DNA of 64,000 nucleotides from positions 51,246,987-51,310,986 of the forward strand of contig NC_081372.1 of the NCBI RefSeq assembly GCF_030684315.1, read 5' to 3'. Shown piece after piece: positions 48,448 to 63,064 of the stretch; position 1 is the stretch's first letter; each line of letters begins with the position of its first letter. Under the pieces are notes generated by a model. That model was not told the DNA's origin, made no database searches, and saw only the letters and a program-made list of their open reading frames with translations. Source of the DNA: Stegostoma tigrinum (Eukaryota). A program made the position numbers and the translations under genes.

Positions 48448-50604
48448 TTACTGGTCATTCTTCAACAACTTTGACCATTCTGTAAAGGGTGGAAGACATT
48501 TGATTGAAAGCAGACATAGTTTAAATACTCAATAATAAACCCACACAATATTGATAATTTTTAAAAATTTGCACATACCATCAAATTCAAGTTTGCCATC
48601 ACTGTTCTTGTCCCACTCCCTGATGAGTTCATGAACTTCCTCCTCTGTAACATGCTCCCCAGAAGTCTTGAATGTAAAATACAGCTCAGAACATTCGATG
48701 AAGCCGTCAGCATTGCTAGAGTCATCAAGAAAAGTATGAAAGTCCCCAATCCAGCAATGTTATCTACCTTACCAAAATAGAAGTTGAGAAAAGATCATAT
48801 CCATCTAATTTCACTTTCTTTCTGTCTGGAAGTTTACATTATTTAATCTCATCAAGTAATCCAATTTAAAAACTGGCGTACAACAAATCTAGATATCATG
48901 CACAAACACATGTGGAAATAGCTTCATAAACCTCACATTTGAACTCACCTTTTTCATCCAAAAATGATACATTTCCCACACAATGTCTCAAATTTCTCAA
49001 GACCTGAATTCAATAGTGTGCCCTCTGCTCTGAAAGCAATTACAAATAATTTGTCATTATCACCTTCGATTATGTTCAATTGGAAATGGCTTCCCTTTCA
49101 TTCCAAAGATAAAATTGAATCACACTTTCTGCTCTTCCACAATTGTGTTCGTGACCGTTTTGTTTTCTGAAAATCTTCTGTTGATATTCTCTACTTATGT
49201 TCTCCATCGCCTTTTACATGGATAAGTGTCTTGCTGACAACGACTGTATTGTTGTCCATGCCTAATTGCACTTGAATGGAGTTGCTTGTTCAGTAATTTC
49301 AGAGTGCAGTTACAAATCAGACAGCGTTCCACTGGTCTGGATATATATTCAGGCCAGCAAGGTAAGGATGGCAGATTGTCTTCCTTGAAGGAGACAAGTG
49401 AACCACATAGGTTTTCACAACAACCACTCAGACTTTTCACTATCATCAACGACATCAGTTTTATGCTGCAGATGTATTGATTGAGTTTTCTATTTCACTA
49501 GCTCACCGGATGAGATTTGAAAGTTTGTTCTTGGAGCATCAGCAGGATCCACTGGCTCACTCGTCTGGGACATTTCCATTATGCTACTGTCTCCCTGACG
49601 TGTAAACATGCTGTCTATCCACATTTTCAAAACATCTGTGAGTATTGCAACTATCTATGGATCACTGTTTAGACTTCTTTGTTGAAGGGAAAATAGTCTC
49701 AACTGTTAATACTTTCCTGATGTGTGAAGCTGAGGATTTTTAGTCTCAATCTGGTCAATCCTCAAAGAACTGTCTCCAGGCAACTCTTATATCTTTTCGT
49801 ATAAGATCATGAAAGGTGCACCATGTCACATGCAATGTAAATGAAACAAATTTCCATACATTTTTGCCAGTTGCGAGTCCCGCTAGAAATGTTCTAGGAA
49901 CAAATGTTTCCACAATTCGACCTCACTTTGGATATGAAGAAGTTATATTGAGCTGAAAACACAGACTCTTTTTTTTTCTTCTCCAGATAGATGGTGTTAA
50001 AGCGAGTGACATTAATGATTCTCATTATTATTTCATATTTTCAGCTTCTGAAGTATTTTGTATAATTGATATACGTGCTTGCTACTTTGGTTTATTTACA
50101 TGAAGCAAAAGCTAAATTCACCTTTGTGTCAACATATCAGGTGGCTGCTATTTCATCAGAGAGAGATGATTGGTGGTGACTTCGACCAGAGGGTCACTGT
50201 GACTGAGTTGAGTGTTGAGGGGAGTCATTCACGGTAACCTGAGGTGGTGTAGGAATTAAACCCACACTATTGTTTATGCTCTCCCTTGCAAACCAGCTAA
50301 CCAGGCAACTGGGCTAATCAGCCCCGTACCCTACATTTCCTTGAAGCAGGGATGTTTTTCTGATTGCTTTGCTGATCTTTTAGAAACTTGTCACTTTTTC
50401 AATACATACAACGGAGAATCAACAAACACAAAATAGAATTGCTGCGCTATCATGTTTACACCAGTCATGTAGAAGCTTAAACTCACCCATCAAATACACG
50501 AAACGATTCTGCGATGTCTTTGTCAGACTTTCCTTTCACTTCTTCTCTCATCAGCCTCCCCGCCATCTTCACCAAGAACTCTTCAAAATCAATGGTGCCG
50601 CTAC
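48448..50604 (-). CDS. TNNC2-like: U10: intact troponin C-like exons 4-6 with two near-canonical EF loops (5' exon uncertain)
   Basis: join(50604-50487, 48715-48579, 48479-48448). Exon 4 is 118 nt (in-frame +3): SGTIDFEEFLVKMAGRLMREEVKGKSDKDIAESFRVFDG. Loops are DGNADGFIECSE and DKNSDGKLEFDE. Candidate exon B 51665-51490 has a GTGAG donor. Confidence 0.72.
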
Positions 50605-52656
50605 CTAAGACCACACTCAGTTGTAAGCTCTGTCCATTGTTAAACATGAATATTTGTGAACCAAACGATTTTTGAAGTGAAACTGCTAATGTTTAAGCTG
50701 CATGTTACCATTTTTGAGACCAATTGCAATCTGAGATTTGACTATCTTTGGGACACCCAAGATATCAGTCAAACATGAAATGAAGTAAACTGTTGCGTAC
50801 TAAATCGTGCAGATATGAAATCATTTACAATTAGATTTAGAATTTTATTTATCATGTGTACTCAAGTACAGTATTACAAGAGTACAGTGAAAATGCACAA
50901 CATTGCCACGCATGTCCCATTTCTGGATCAAAGGTACTTGCGCCCAAAAAATATACGTACAAATTAGTAACTGAAAAAGAGTTAAAAAGTTAAGCATTAC
51001 CTTCAGATAGCAAGTAGAAAAATAAAGAATAAAGGTCATAGTTAAGATTACAGTTCTTCTTAATTTAGTCTAGAAAGTAGAACAGCTTTTTTACCTCCAG
51101 TATTTTTCTTATCTGCTCCAGAAGGAATCGTCGAAGAAATAACTTCACAGAGTAAAATTAGACACAACACAATTTGGATTCTCCTGTACATTGGAATGAT
51201 CAAACACACAAACTGGAAGACCATTTTGCCAAACACTTCAACGCAGCTGGTAAGAATGTCCCTGTGCTTTCTTTGATTTGTCATTTTAATTGCCCATGAT
51301 GCTCTCTGGCTGACATTGACTTGGCCTGCTGCACTGTTCCAAGGAAGGTCAATGTGACAAACTGTGCCTTGTCTGTCAATAAAGCATTTTATAGCTGCAT
51401 GGGCTGCAACTTTTCATTCCATTTCACAGAGTGCTACATTTTGTTTCCAAATCTTACCTTTTGAATGTTTGTTCAGTAAAGGTGCTCACCTGCTTCAGGC
51501 ACATTTTGGTTTATTTGTTTGATTTCTTGCCCCAAATCAATTTGCTTTAGCCCCAGAAGACCGACTCTTCTGTCATCAATTTTCCCTGTCTTCCATTGCA
51601 TCACAGATCTTTCTTTTGCACAAAAGATGGCCGGGTAAAGAACTAAAATGACATGCCTCTGAAATCTGCAAGATGAAAGAATGAAAGCCCCCATTGAAAA
51701 CCCAGCACAGCAATTGCGTTTGGAATTTTCATGATTCCGTCACCCTGTGAGACTTCTTCACCTCCCCGTGCCAACTTCCAGATTCTGTGAGTGCCTGCCT
51801 CGAGATAAGAATTTTCCTCCAAGCAGTTTGGTCTTGATATCTGTCCAGCACATAGATACATATATAGCAAGGTACGATCACCTGGACGTGCCTACGATTC
51901 ACGTGTGACTGTTTTGGTTGAATATCTTGAGCCACTGCCATCCATTTAGTGCAAGTCAGCTCACAATGTCTGCATGGAGGGAATACCGGGTATGTGAAAC
52001 AAAGTCATGGTGAAATTGGAGATCTAATTCCAAGTCAGGATGGTGAGTGTCTTGGAGGGGAATGTGCAGGTGGTGGTGTTCCCATGTACTTGCTGCCGTT
52101 CTACTTCCAGGTGGTAATGTTCATGGGATAAGCATATTTTTTCGCCAGAACCTTGGTGAATTTCTGTGTTGCATCTTGTAAATGGTGCTGAATGTATTGT
52201 TACACGACTTGATCCTTGATTTCATTTTTGTGTCTCATACTTGAAATTGTGTGAGGCAATTGCCATCTCATTTTGTCTATAACACTAACTGTTGCAGAGT
52301 GGATCAGTGGTTGGTACTGCTTCCTCACAGTGACAGAGAGCTGGGTGCAATTCCACCCTTGGCCAACTGTCGGCGTGGAATTTGCACATTCTCCCTGCGT
52401 GTACATGGGTTTGCTCTGGCTACTGCATTTCCTTCCCATAGACCAAAGATGAGCCTGTTAGTGAACAAACCATGCTTAATTGCCCATGGTATCTTGTGGA
52501 TGGTAGACTAGATGAATAAGCCATGGGAAATGCATGGTTACAAGGATAGAGGAGAGTGAGCGTTACTCTTTGGAGGGTTGGTGTGGGCTTGATGGACTAA
52601 GTAGACTGTTTCCACAATGTAAGGATTCTATGATAAAACGTAATGGTGCAATGGTT

Positions 52657-54811
52657 TTACTGGTCATTCTTCAACAACTTCGACCATTCTGTAAAGGGTG
52701 GAAGACATTTGATTGAAAGCAGACATCGTTTAAATACTCAATAATAAACCCACACAATATTGATAATTTTTAAAAATTTGCACATACCATCCAAGTCAAG
52801 TTTGCCATCAGTGTTCTTGTCCCACTCCCTGATGAGTTCATGAGCTTCCTCCTCTGTAACATGCTCCCCAGCAGTCATGATGGCCAAATGCAGCTCAGAA
52901 CAATCGATGAAGCCGTCAGCATTGCTAGAGTCATCAAGAAAAGTATGAAAGTCCCCAATCCAGCAATGTTATCTACCTTACCAAAATAGAAGTTGAGAAA
53001 AGATCATATCCATCTAATTTCACTTTCTTTCTGTCTGGAAGTTTACATTATTTAATCTCATCAAGTAATCCAATTTAAAAACTGGCGTACAACAAATCTA
53101 GATATCATGCACGAACACATGTGGAAATAGCTTCATAAACCTCACACTTGAACTCACCTGTGTCATCCAAAAATGATACAGTTCCCACACAATATCTCAA
53201 ATTTCTCAAGACCTGAATTCAATAGTGTGCCCTCTGCTCTGAAAGCAATTACAAATAATTTGTCATTATCACCTTCAATTATGTTCAACTGGAAATGGCT
53301 TCCCTTTCATTCAAATGATAATATTGAATCACACTTTCTGCTCTTCCACAATTTTGTTCGTGGCAGTTTTGTTTTCTGAAAATCTTCTGTTGATATTCTC
53401 TACTTATGTTCTCCATCGCCTTTTACATGGATAAGTGTGTTGCTGACAACGACTGTATTGTTGTCCATGCCTAATTGCACTTGAATGGAGTTGTTTGTTC
53501 AGTAATTTCAGAGTGAAGTTACAAATCAGACAGCGTTCCACTGGTCTGGATATATATTCAGGCCAGCAAGGTAAGGATGGCAGATTGTCTTCCTTGAAGG
53601 AGACAAGTGAACCACATAGGTTTTCACAACAACCACTCAGACTTTTCACTATCATCAACGACATCAGCTGCAGATGTATTGATTGAGTTTTCTATTTCAC
53701 TAGCTCACCGGATGAGATTTGAAAGTTTGTCCCTTGAGCATCAGCATGATCCACTGGCTCGCTCGTCTGGGACATTTCCATTATGCTGTTATCCTCCAGA
53801 ATTGAAAACATGCTGTCTATCCAAATTGTCAAAACATCTGTGAGTATTGCAACTATCTATGGATCACCCTTTAGACTTTTTTGTTGAAGGGAAAATAGTC
53901 TCAACTGTTAATACTTTCCTGATGTGTGAAGCTGAGGATTTTTAGCCTCAACCTGGTAAATCCTCAAAGAACTGTCTCCAGGCAACTCTTATAGTACAAA
54001 ATCTTTTAGTATAAAATCATGAAAGGTGCACCATGTCACATGCAATGTAAATGAAACAAATTTCAATCCATGTTTGACAGTTGCGAGTCCTGCTGGAAGT
54101 GTTCTAGGAACAAATGTTTCCACACTTCTACCTCACTTTGGATATGAAGAAGTTATACTGAGGTGAAGACACAGACTCTTTTTTTTTCTTCTCTATATAG
54201 ATGGTGTTAAAGCGAGTGGCATTAATGATTCTCATTATTATTTCATATTTTCAGCTTCTGAAGTATTTTGTATAATTGATATACTTGTTTGCTACAATGG
54301 TTTATTTACATGAACTAAAAGGTAAATTGACCTTTGTGTCAACATTTCAGGTGGCTGCTATTTCATTAGCGAGAAATGATTGGTGGTGACTTCGACCAGA
54401 GGGTCACTGTGACTGAGTTGAGTGTTGAGGGGAGTCATTCACGGTAACCTGAGGTGGTGTAGGAATTAAACCCACACTATTGTCTATGCTCTCCCTTGCA
54501 AACCAGCTAAACAGGCAACAGAGCTAATCGTCCCCGTACCCTACATTTCCTTGAAGCAGGGATGTTTTTCTGATTGCTTTGCGGATCTTTTAGAAACTTG
54601 TCTCTTTTTCAATGCAAACAACGGAGAATCAACAAACTCAAAATAGAATTGTTGCTCTATCATGTTTATACCAGTCATGTAGAAGCTCAAACTCACCCAT
54701 CAAATACATGAATGAATTTTGCGATGTCTTTATCAGACTTCCCTTTCACTTCTTCTCTCATCTGCCTCGCCATCGTCACCAAGAACTCTTCAAAATCAAT
54801 GGTGCCGCTAC
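52657..54811 (-). pseudogene. TNNC2-like: U11: probable pseudogene (frames open, exon 4 acceptor lost, 3'UTR deleted)
   Basis: Exon 4 54811-54697 has acceptor AG>AA. Exon 5 52924-52788 and exon 6 52688-52657 are open. About 860 bp is deleted immediately after the stop codon. Exon A has stops and no donor. Confidence 0.78.
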
Positions 54812-57616
54812 TTAAGACCACACTCAGTTGTAAGCTCTGTCCATTGTTAAACATGAATATTTGTGAACCAAACGATTTTTGAAGTGAAACTGCTAATGTT
54901 TTAGCTGCATGTTACCCTTTTTGAGACCAATTGCAATCTGAGATTTGACTATCTTTGGGACACCCAAGATATCAGTCAAATGTGAAATGGAGTAAACTGT
55001 TGCGTACTAAATCGTGAAGATATGAAATAATTTACAATTAGATGTAAAATTTTTTTATCATGTGTACTCAAGTACAGTATTACAGGTGTACAGTGAAAAT
55101 GTACAACATTGCCACGCATGTCCCATTTCTGGATCAAAGGTAGTTGCGCCCAAAAAATGTCGGTACAAAATAGTAACTGTAAAAGAGTTAAAAAGTTAAG
55201 CATTACCTTCAGATAGCAAGTAGAAAAATAAAGAATAAAGGTCATAGTTAACATTACAGTTCTTCTTAATTTAGTCTAGAAAGTAGAACAGCTTTTTTAC
55301 CTCCAGTGTTTTTCTTATCTGCTCCAGAAGGAATCGTCGAAGAAATAACTTCACAGATTAAAATTACACACGACACAATTTAAATTCTGCTGTACATTGG
55401 AACGATCAAACACACAAACTGGAAGACCATTTTGCTGAACACTTCAACGCAGCTCGTAAGAATGTCCCTGTGCTTTCTTAGACGTGTCATTTTAATTCAC
55501 CATGATGCTCTCTGGCTGACATTGACTTGGCCTGCTGCACTGTTCCAAGGAAGGTCAAGGTAACAAACTGTGCCTTGTCTTTTAATAAGGCATTTTATAG
55601 CTGCATGGGCTGCAACTTTTCATTCCATTTTCATTCCCCAAATCAATTTCCTTTGGCCCCAGAAGACTGAATCTTCTGTCATCAATTTTCCCTGTCTTCC
55701 ATTGCATCACAGATCTTTCTTTTGTACAAAAGATGGCCGGGTGGAGAACTAAATTCACAGGCCTCTTAAATCTGCAAAATTAAAGAATGAAGGCCCCCAC
55801 TGAAAACCCAGCACAGGAAATGCTTTTGGAATTTTCATGATTCCATCACGCTGTGAGATTTCTTCACCTCCCCAGGCCAACTTCCAGATTCTGTGAGTGC
55901 CTGCCTCGACGTAAGAATTTTCCTCCAAGCAGGCTGGTCTTGATATCTGTTCAACAGGTAGATAAATATCTTGTGCAGTACTCTCACCTGGATGTGCCTA
56001 CGATTCGCATGTGACTGTTTTGGATGAATGTCTTGAGCCACTGCCATCCATTTAGTGCAAGTCAGCTCACAATATCTGCCTGGAGGGAGTACCAGGTACT
56101 TGAAGCAAAGTCATGGTGTAAATGGAGATATAGTTCCAAGTCAGGATGGTGAGTAGCTTGGAATGGAATGTGCAGGTGGTGGTGTTCCCATGTACTTGCT
56201 GCCATTCTACTTCCAGGTGGCAATGTTCATGGGATAAGCATATTTTTTCGACAGAAGCTTGGTGAATTTCTGTAATGCATCTTGTATGTGGTGATGAATG
56301 TATTTTTAAACTACTTGATCATTGATTTCATTTTTGTGTTTCACACTTTAAATTGTGTGAGGCAATGCCGTCTCATTTTGACTCTAACTCTAAGGGTTGC
56401 ACAGTGGTTAGCACTGCTGACTAACAGTGAGAGAGAGCTGGGTACAATTCCACCCTTGGCTAATTGTCTGCGTGGATTTTGCACATTCTCCCTGAATGTA
56501 CATGGGTTTACTCTGGTTACTGCAGTTACTTCCTGTAGAACAAAGATGTGCATGTTAGGCGAACAAGCCGTGCCAAATTGACCATGGTATCTTGGGGAGG
56601 GTAGATTAGATGAATAAGCCATGGGAAATGCAGGGTTACAAGGATAGAGGAGAGTGAGGGATGCTCTTTGGAGGGTTGGTGTGGACTTGATGGACTAAGT
56701 AGCCTGTTTCCACACTGTTGGGATTCTATGATTAAACATAGTAGCACAATGGTTTACTCATAACAATCATTTCAGTGAACTGTCACCAACTGCAGCTTGT
56801 TGTGCTATAGACTGTGCTGTGGTTCAGTTTGAATGATTCTTGTCTGTGAATTCAAATTTGTAGTTTTCTGGTCGGACCCTGAAGCTGCTGATTAATGGGC
56901 AGTGTAAGGCCATGGGAATGTTGCAGTTTCAGGTAATTTGTCTTTTGGATGACAGCCATCATCTATGGATCCTGGGATACGATTTAAAAGAAGGGCCGGA
57001 GACGCAAAAATTTCGTCCACAAGCATCTCAAGAGTGGTTTGTGTACTGATGTGGAATTTGCTGTGTGCAGGTTGGTGACTGCGAATCCTTGATGAAATAC
57101 CGAATACCCTTTCAAAATACTTCAATATTTAGAAGAACTGTCAAGATCTGCTGTGTTCATGAAAGATGTGCTAAATAAAGAAAATGATTTTGCTGCCAAT
57201 ATATAGAAACTGATTTTTCATTGTGTAATTTAACATTGTTGCCTCCTGGAAATAGAGAATAAATATCCAGAGAATCCATGTCATTGACCAGGTGAAATGC
57301 AACAATAACTGTCTGGAAATTCAATCAGAACTTTGCAAGGAAATTGTTGTGAATAAATTGTGCCGTATTCCATATGGATCGCAAAATGCCGAAACTTGTC
57401 ATTCATAGGAGATTGCTTCTTCCTCACAAAGAAAGAACTGCAGCAGATATGAAGCTCTTTGTTACATGTGTAGCTCCAGTCCTGTTGAACACAATCTGAA
57501 TTTTTTGCAATCATTGAGTGTATTCAGATGCCGAGGCTGTTGGCTGCAGAAGGGCGACAGCACAGAGTTCATTAAATTGTTGAATCATAATGGGTGGCTA
57601 ACAGATGTTGACTTTT

Positions 57617-60439
57617 TTACTGGACATTCTACAACAACTTCGACCATTCTGAAAAGTTTGGAAGATATTTGATTGAAAACCTAAATAGTTTAAATACTCA
57701 ATACTAAACCAACACAATATCGCTAATTTTTAAAAAATTTGCACATACCATCAAAATCAAGATTGCATCACTGTTCTTGTCCCACTCGCTGATGAATTCA
57801 TGAAATTCCTCCTCGGTAACATGCTCCCCAGCCTCCTCGATGACAATATTCAGCTCATCACGATCAATGAGACTGTCAGCATTGCTAGAGTCATCAAGAA
57901 AAGTGTGAATGTCACAATCCAGCAATGTTTTCTACATTACCAAAATAGAAATAGTGAAAAGATCATATTCATCTAATTTCAGTTTCTTTCTGTCTGGAAA
58001 TTTACATTGTTTAATCTCATCAAGTAATCCATTTTAATCACTGGCTTACAACAAATCGAGATATGTTGTACAATCATCTGAGGAAACAGCTTCATACAGC
58101 TTAGGTCTAAACTCACCTGTTCCATCCAAAAATGATATATTTCCCACACAATGTCTCAAATTTCTCAAGGCCTGAATTGCACCGTGTGCCCTCTGCTCTG
58201 AAAGCAATTACAAAATATTTGTCATTATAGCCTTTGACTCTCTGAGTTGGAACTAGCTTCCCTTTCATTCCAGTGACAATAATGAATCACACTTGCTGTG
58301 TCCACAATTTGGTTCATGACAGTTTTCTTCTGAAAATCTTCGATTGATTTTCTCTTCTTATGTTCTCCATCACTTTTTACGTGGATAAGTGTGTTGCTGA
58401 CAAGGACTGCATTGTTGTCCATGCCTAATTGCTCTTTAATGGGGTTGCTTGTTCAGTAATTTCAGAGTGCAGTTACAAATCAGACAACGTTCCACTGGTC
58501 TGGATATATATTCCGGCCAGCAAGGTAAGGATGGCAGATTGTCTTCCTTGAAAGAGACAAGTGAACCACATAGGTTTTCACAACAATCAATAACACTTGT
58601 CACGATCATCACCACATCACTTTTATGCTGCAGATGTATTGATTGAGTTTACTATATCACTAGCTCACAGGATGAGATTTAAAAGTTTGTTTCTGGAGCA
58701 TCAGCAGGCTCCACTGGCTCGCTAGCCCGGGACGTTTCCACTGTGCTACTATCTCCCTGAAGTGAGAACATGCTGTCTGTCAAAGTTGCCAAAACATCTG
58801 TGAGTATTGCATATATCTATGGATCACTCTTTAGTCTTCTTTGTTGAAGGGACAATAGACTCAACTGTTAATACTTTCCTGATGTGTGAAGCTGAGGATT
58901 TTTAGTCTCAACCTGGTCAATCCTCAAAGAACTGTCTCCAGGCAACTCTGATATCTTTTAGTATAAAATCATGAAAGGTGCACCATGTCACATGCAATGT
59001 AAATGAAACAAATTTCAATACATGTTTGCCAGTTGCGAGTCCTGCTAGGAATGTTCTAGGAACAAATGTTTCCACACTTCTACCTCACTTTGGATATGAA
59101 GAAATTATATTGAGCTGAAAACACAGACTCTTTTTTGCTTCTCTAGGTAGATGGTGTTAAAGCGAGTGACATTAATGATTCTCATTATTATTTCATCTTT
59201 TCAGCTTCTGCAGTATTTTGTATCATTGACATACTCGTTTGCTGCAACGGTTTACTTACATGAAGCAAAAGGTAAAGTCACCTTTGTGTCAACATATCAG
59301 GTGGCTGCTATTTCATTAGAGAGAGATGATTGGTGGTGAGTTCGACCAGACGGTCACTGTGACTGAGTTGAGAGTTGAGGGGTGTCATTCACGGTAACTT
59401 GAGCTGGTGTAGGAATTAAACCCACACTATTGTGTATGCTCTCCCTTGCAAACCAGTTAACCAGGGAACTGAGCTAATCGGTCCCGTACCCTACATTTCC
59501 TTGAAGCAGGGATGTTTTTCTGATTGCTTTGCTGATCTTTTAGAAACTTGTCTCTTTTTCAATACATACAACGGAGAATCAACAAACTCAAAATAGAATT
59601 GCTGCGCTATCATGTTTATACCAGTCATGTAGAATCTCAAACTCACCCATCAAATACGCGAAAGAATTCTGCGATGTCTTTGTCAGACATCCTTTCACTT
59701 CTTCTCTCATTTGACTCGCCATCGTCACTAAGAACTCTTCAAAATCAATGGTGCCGCTACCTAAGACCACACTCAGTTGTAAGCTCTGTCCATTGTTAAA
59801 CATGAATATTTGTGAACCAAACGATTTTTGAAGTGAAACTGCTAATGTTTAAGCTGCATGTTACCCTTTTTGAGACCAATTGCAATCTGAGAATTGACTA
59901 TCTTTGGGACACCCAAGATATCAGGCAAACGTGAAATGAAGTAAACTGTTGCGTACTAAATCGTGAAGATATGAAATAATTTACAATTAGATTTAGAATT
60001 TTTTTATCATGTGTACTCAAGTACAGTATTACAGGAGTACAGTGAAAATGTACAACATTGCCACGCATGTCCCATTTCTTGATAAAAGGTACTTGCGCCC
60101 AAAAAATGTAGGTACAAATTAGTAACTGAAAAAGAGTTAAAAAGTTGTGCGTTACCTTCAGATAGCAAGTAGAAAAATAAAGAATAAAGATCATAGTTAA
60201 CATTACAGTTCTTCTTAATTTAGTCTAGAAAGTAGAACAGCTTTTTTACCTCCAGTATTTTTCTTCTCTGCTCCAGAAGGATTCGTCGAAGAAATAACTT
60301 CACAGAGTAAAGTTACGCACAACACAATTTGGATTCTGCTGTACATTGGAACGATCAAACGCACAAACTGGAAGACCATTTTGCCGAGTACTTCAACGCA
60401 GCTCGTAAGAATGTCCCTGTGCTTTCGTTGACGTGTCAT
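57617..60439 (-). pseudogene. TNNC2-like: U12: U4-type pseudogene
   Basis: Exon 4 59760-59647 (-1), exon 5 57884-57749 (-1), and exon 6 from 57648 with a premature TAG. Confidence 0.88.
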
Positions 60440-63064
60440 TTTAATTGCCCATGATGCTCTCTGACTGACATTGACTTGGCCTGCTGCACTGTTCCAAGGA
60501 AGGTCAAGGTAACAAACTGTGCCTTGTCTTTCAACAAAGCATTTTATAGCTGCATCGGCTGCAACTTTTCATTCCATTTCACAGAGTGCTCCATTTTGTT
60601 TCCAAATCTTTCCTTTTGAATGTTTGTTCAGTAAAGGTGCACACCTGCTTCAGGCACATTTTGGTTTATTTGTTTGCTTTCTTGCCCCAAATCAATTTGC
60701 TTTGGCCCCAGAAGACTGACTCTTCTGTCATCAAATTTCCCTGTCTTTCATTGCATCACAGATCTTTCTTTTGTACGAAAGATGGCCGGGTGGAGAAGTT
60801 AAATGACAGGCCTCTGAAATCTGCAAAATTAAACAATGAAGGCCCCCATTGAGAACCCAGCACAGGAAATGCTTTTGGAAATTTCATGATTCCATCACCC
60901 TGTGAGACTTCTTCACCTCCCCGTGCCAACTTCCGGATGCTGTGAGTGCCTGCCTCGAGGTAAGAATTTTCCTCCAAGCAGGCTGGTCTTGATATCTGTT
61001 CAGCACGTAGATAAATATATAGCGAGGTACTATCACCTGGATGTGCCTACTATTCACTTGTGACGTTTTGGTTGAATGTCTTGAGCCACTGCCATCCATT
61101 TAGTGCAAGTCAGCTCACAATGTCTGCAATGACACAAAGACATGGTGTAAATGGAGATATAGTTCCAAGTCAGGATGGTGAGTGTCTTGCAGGGGAATGT
61201 GCAGGTGGTGGTGTTCCCATGTACTTGCTGCCGTTCTATTTCCAGGTGGTAAAGTTCATGGGATAAGCATATTTTTTCGACTGAACCTTGGTGAGTTTCT
61301 GTAATGCATCTTGTAAATGGTGCTGAGTGTATTGTTACACTACTTGTTCCTTGATTTCATGTGTGAGTTTCATACTTTAAGTTGTTTGAGGCAATTGTCA
61401 CCTCTTTTTGCCTTCAACACTAAGTGTTGCACAGTGTATCAGTGGTTTGCACTGTTGCCTCACGTAGAGCTGAGTTCAATTCCACCCTTGGCCAACTGTC
61501 TGCGTGGAGTTTGCACATTCTCCCTGTGTCTATGTGGGTTTCCTCTGGTTACTCCATTTAATTCCTGCAGGCCAAAGATGTGCATGCTAGGTGAGCAGGC
61601 CATGCTAAATTGCGCATGGTATCTTGGGGAGGGTAGATTCTATGAATTAACCATGGGAAATGCAAGGTTACAAGGAAAGAGTTGCGTGAGGGATGGTCCA
61701 TAGAGTGTTGGTGTAAATGTGATGGACAATGCAGCCTGTTTCCACACTGTTAGTATTCTACGATTAAACATAATGGTGCAATGGCTTACTCATAACAATT
61801 CTTTAAGTGAACTTTCACCAACTTCAGCTTGTTTTGCAGAATTATTGTGATAAATGTATTGTTATACGACTTGTTCCTTGATTTACTGCATGTGTTTCAT
61901 GCTTTAAATGTTGTGAGGCAATTGCCATCTTGTCTTTCCCTGTAATTCTAAGGGTTGCATGGTGTCTCAGTGGTTAGCACTGCTTCCTCACAGTGACAGG
62001 GAGCTGTGTTCAATTCCACTCTTGGCCAACTGTCTGTGTGGAGTTTGCACATTCTCCCTGTGTCCATGTGTTTCCCCCAGTTGCTCCAGTTCCTTCCCAT
62101 AGTCCAAAGACATGCATTTTGGCCAGTTTGGCCATGCTAAGTTGCCCATAGTATCTCGGGGAGAGTAGGTTAGATGAATTAACCATGGGCGATGCAGGGT
62201 TACAAGTACAGGGGAGAGCGTGGGATGCTCTGTGGACGAGTGGTGTGGGCTTGATGGGCTGAATAGCCTGCTTCCACACTGTAATGATTCTATCGTTAAA
62301 CATAAAGGCACAATGGATCACTCATAACAATCATTTGAGTAAATGTTCACCAACTGCAGCTTGTTGTGCTAATGACTGAGCTGTGGCTCTGTTTGATGCA
62401 CTCATGTCTGAATGTCAAGTAGTGGTTTCTCGTCTAACACTCGAACCTGCTGACGAGCGCCCAGTGTAATACCAAGGGTGTGTTGCTTCTCAGATACTTT
62501 TTCTTTTGGATGACAGCCACGATCTGTGGATCCTCTAACATGATTTAAAAGACAAGCAGGAGAGGCCAATATTTATTCCTCATAATATCACAAAAACAGG
62601 TTATCTACTTCTGTGGGCTTTGTGTATGCAGTTTGATGACTGCATTTCCTTCATAAAATACTGAATACCCTTTCAAAATACTGCATATCTTTAACACCTG
62701 TTTAAGATATGCTGTGTTCATGAAAGATGTACCATTTAACTGGAAATGGTTTTGGTGCCAATATAGAAAACTCTTTTGAATGATATAATTGACCATTGTC
62801 AACTGCTAAAAATAGAGAACAAAAATCTACAGAATCCGTGGCATTCACTAAATGAAATGCAACAACAATTGGTTGGAAAAACATTGAGATTAGATTTATT
62901 AGGAAAGGGTTGCAAATAAACTGTGCAGTGTTCCGTGCCGGTAACAAAATGACAAAGCATTTCGTTCATAGGAGTTACGTCTTCCTCACAAAGAAAAAAA
63001 CTGTAGCAGCCAGGAATTCATTAACTTGTTGAATCATAATGGATTGCTGAGGGACGCTGGTTAC

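Larger units (their letters stand above)
35492..53403. repeat. Higher-order repeat copy 2
   Basis: Near-identical to copy 1 over most of its length. Offsets to copy 3 (39891 to 57704, 44175 to 61988) are 17,813 bp. Confidence 0.93.
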
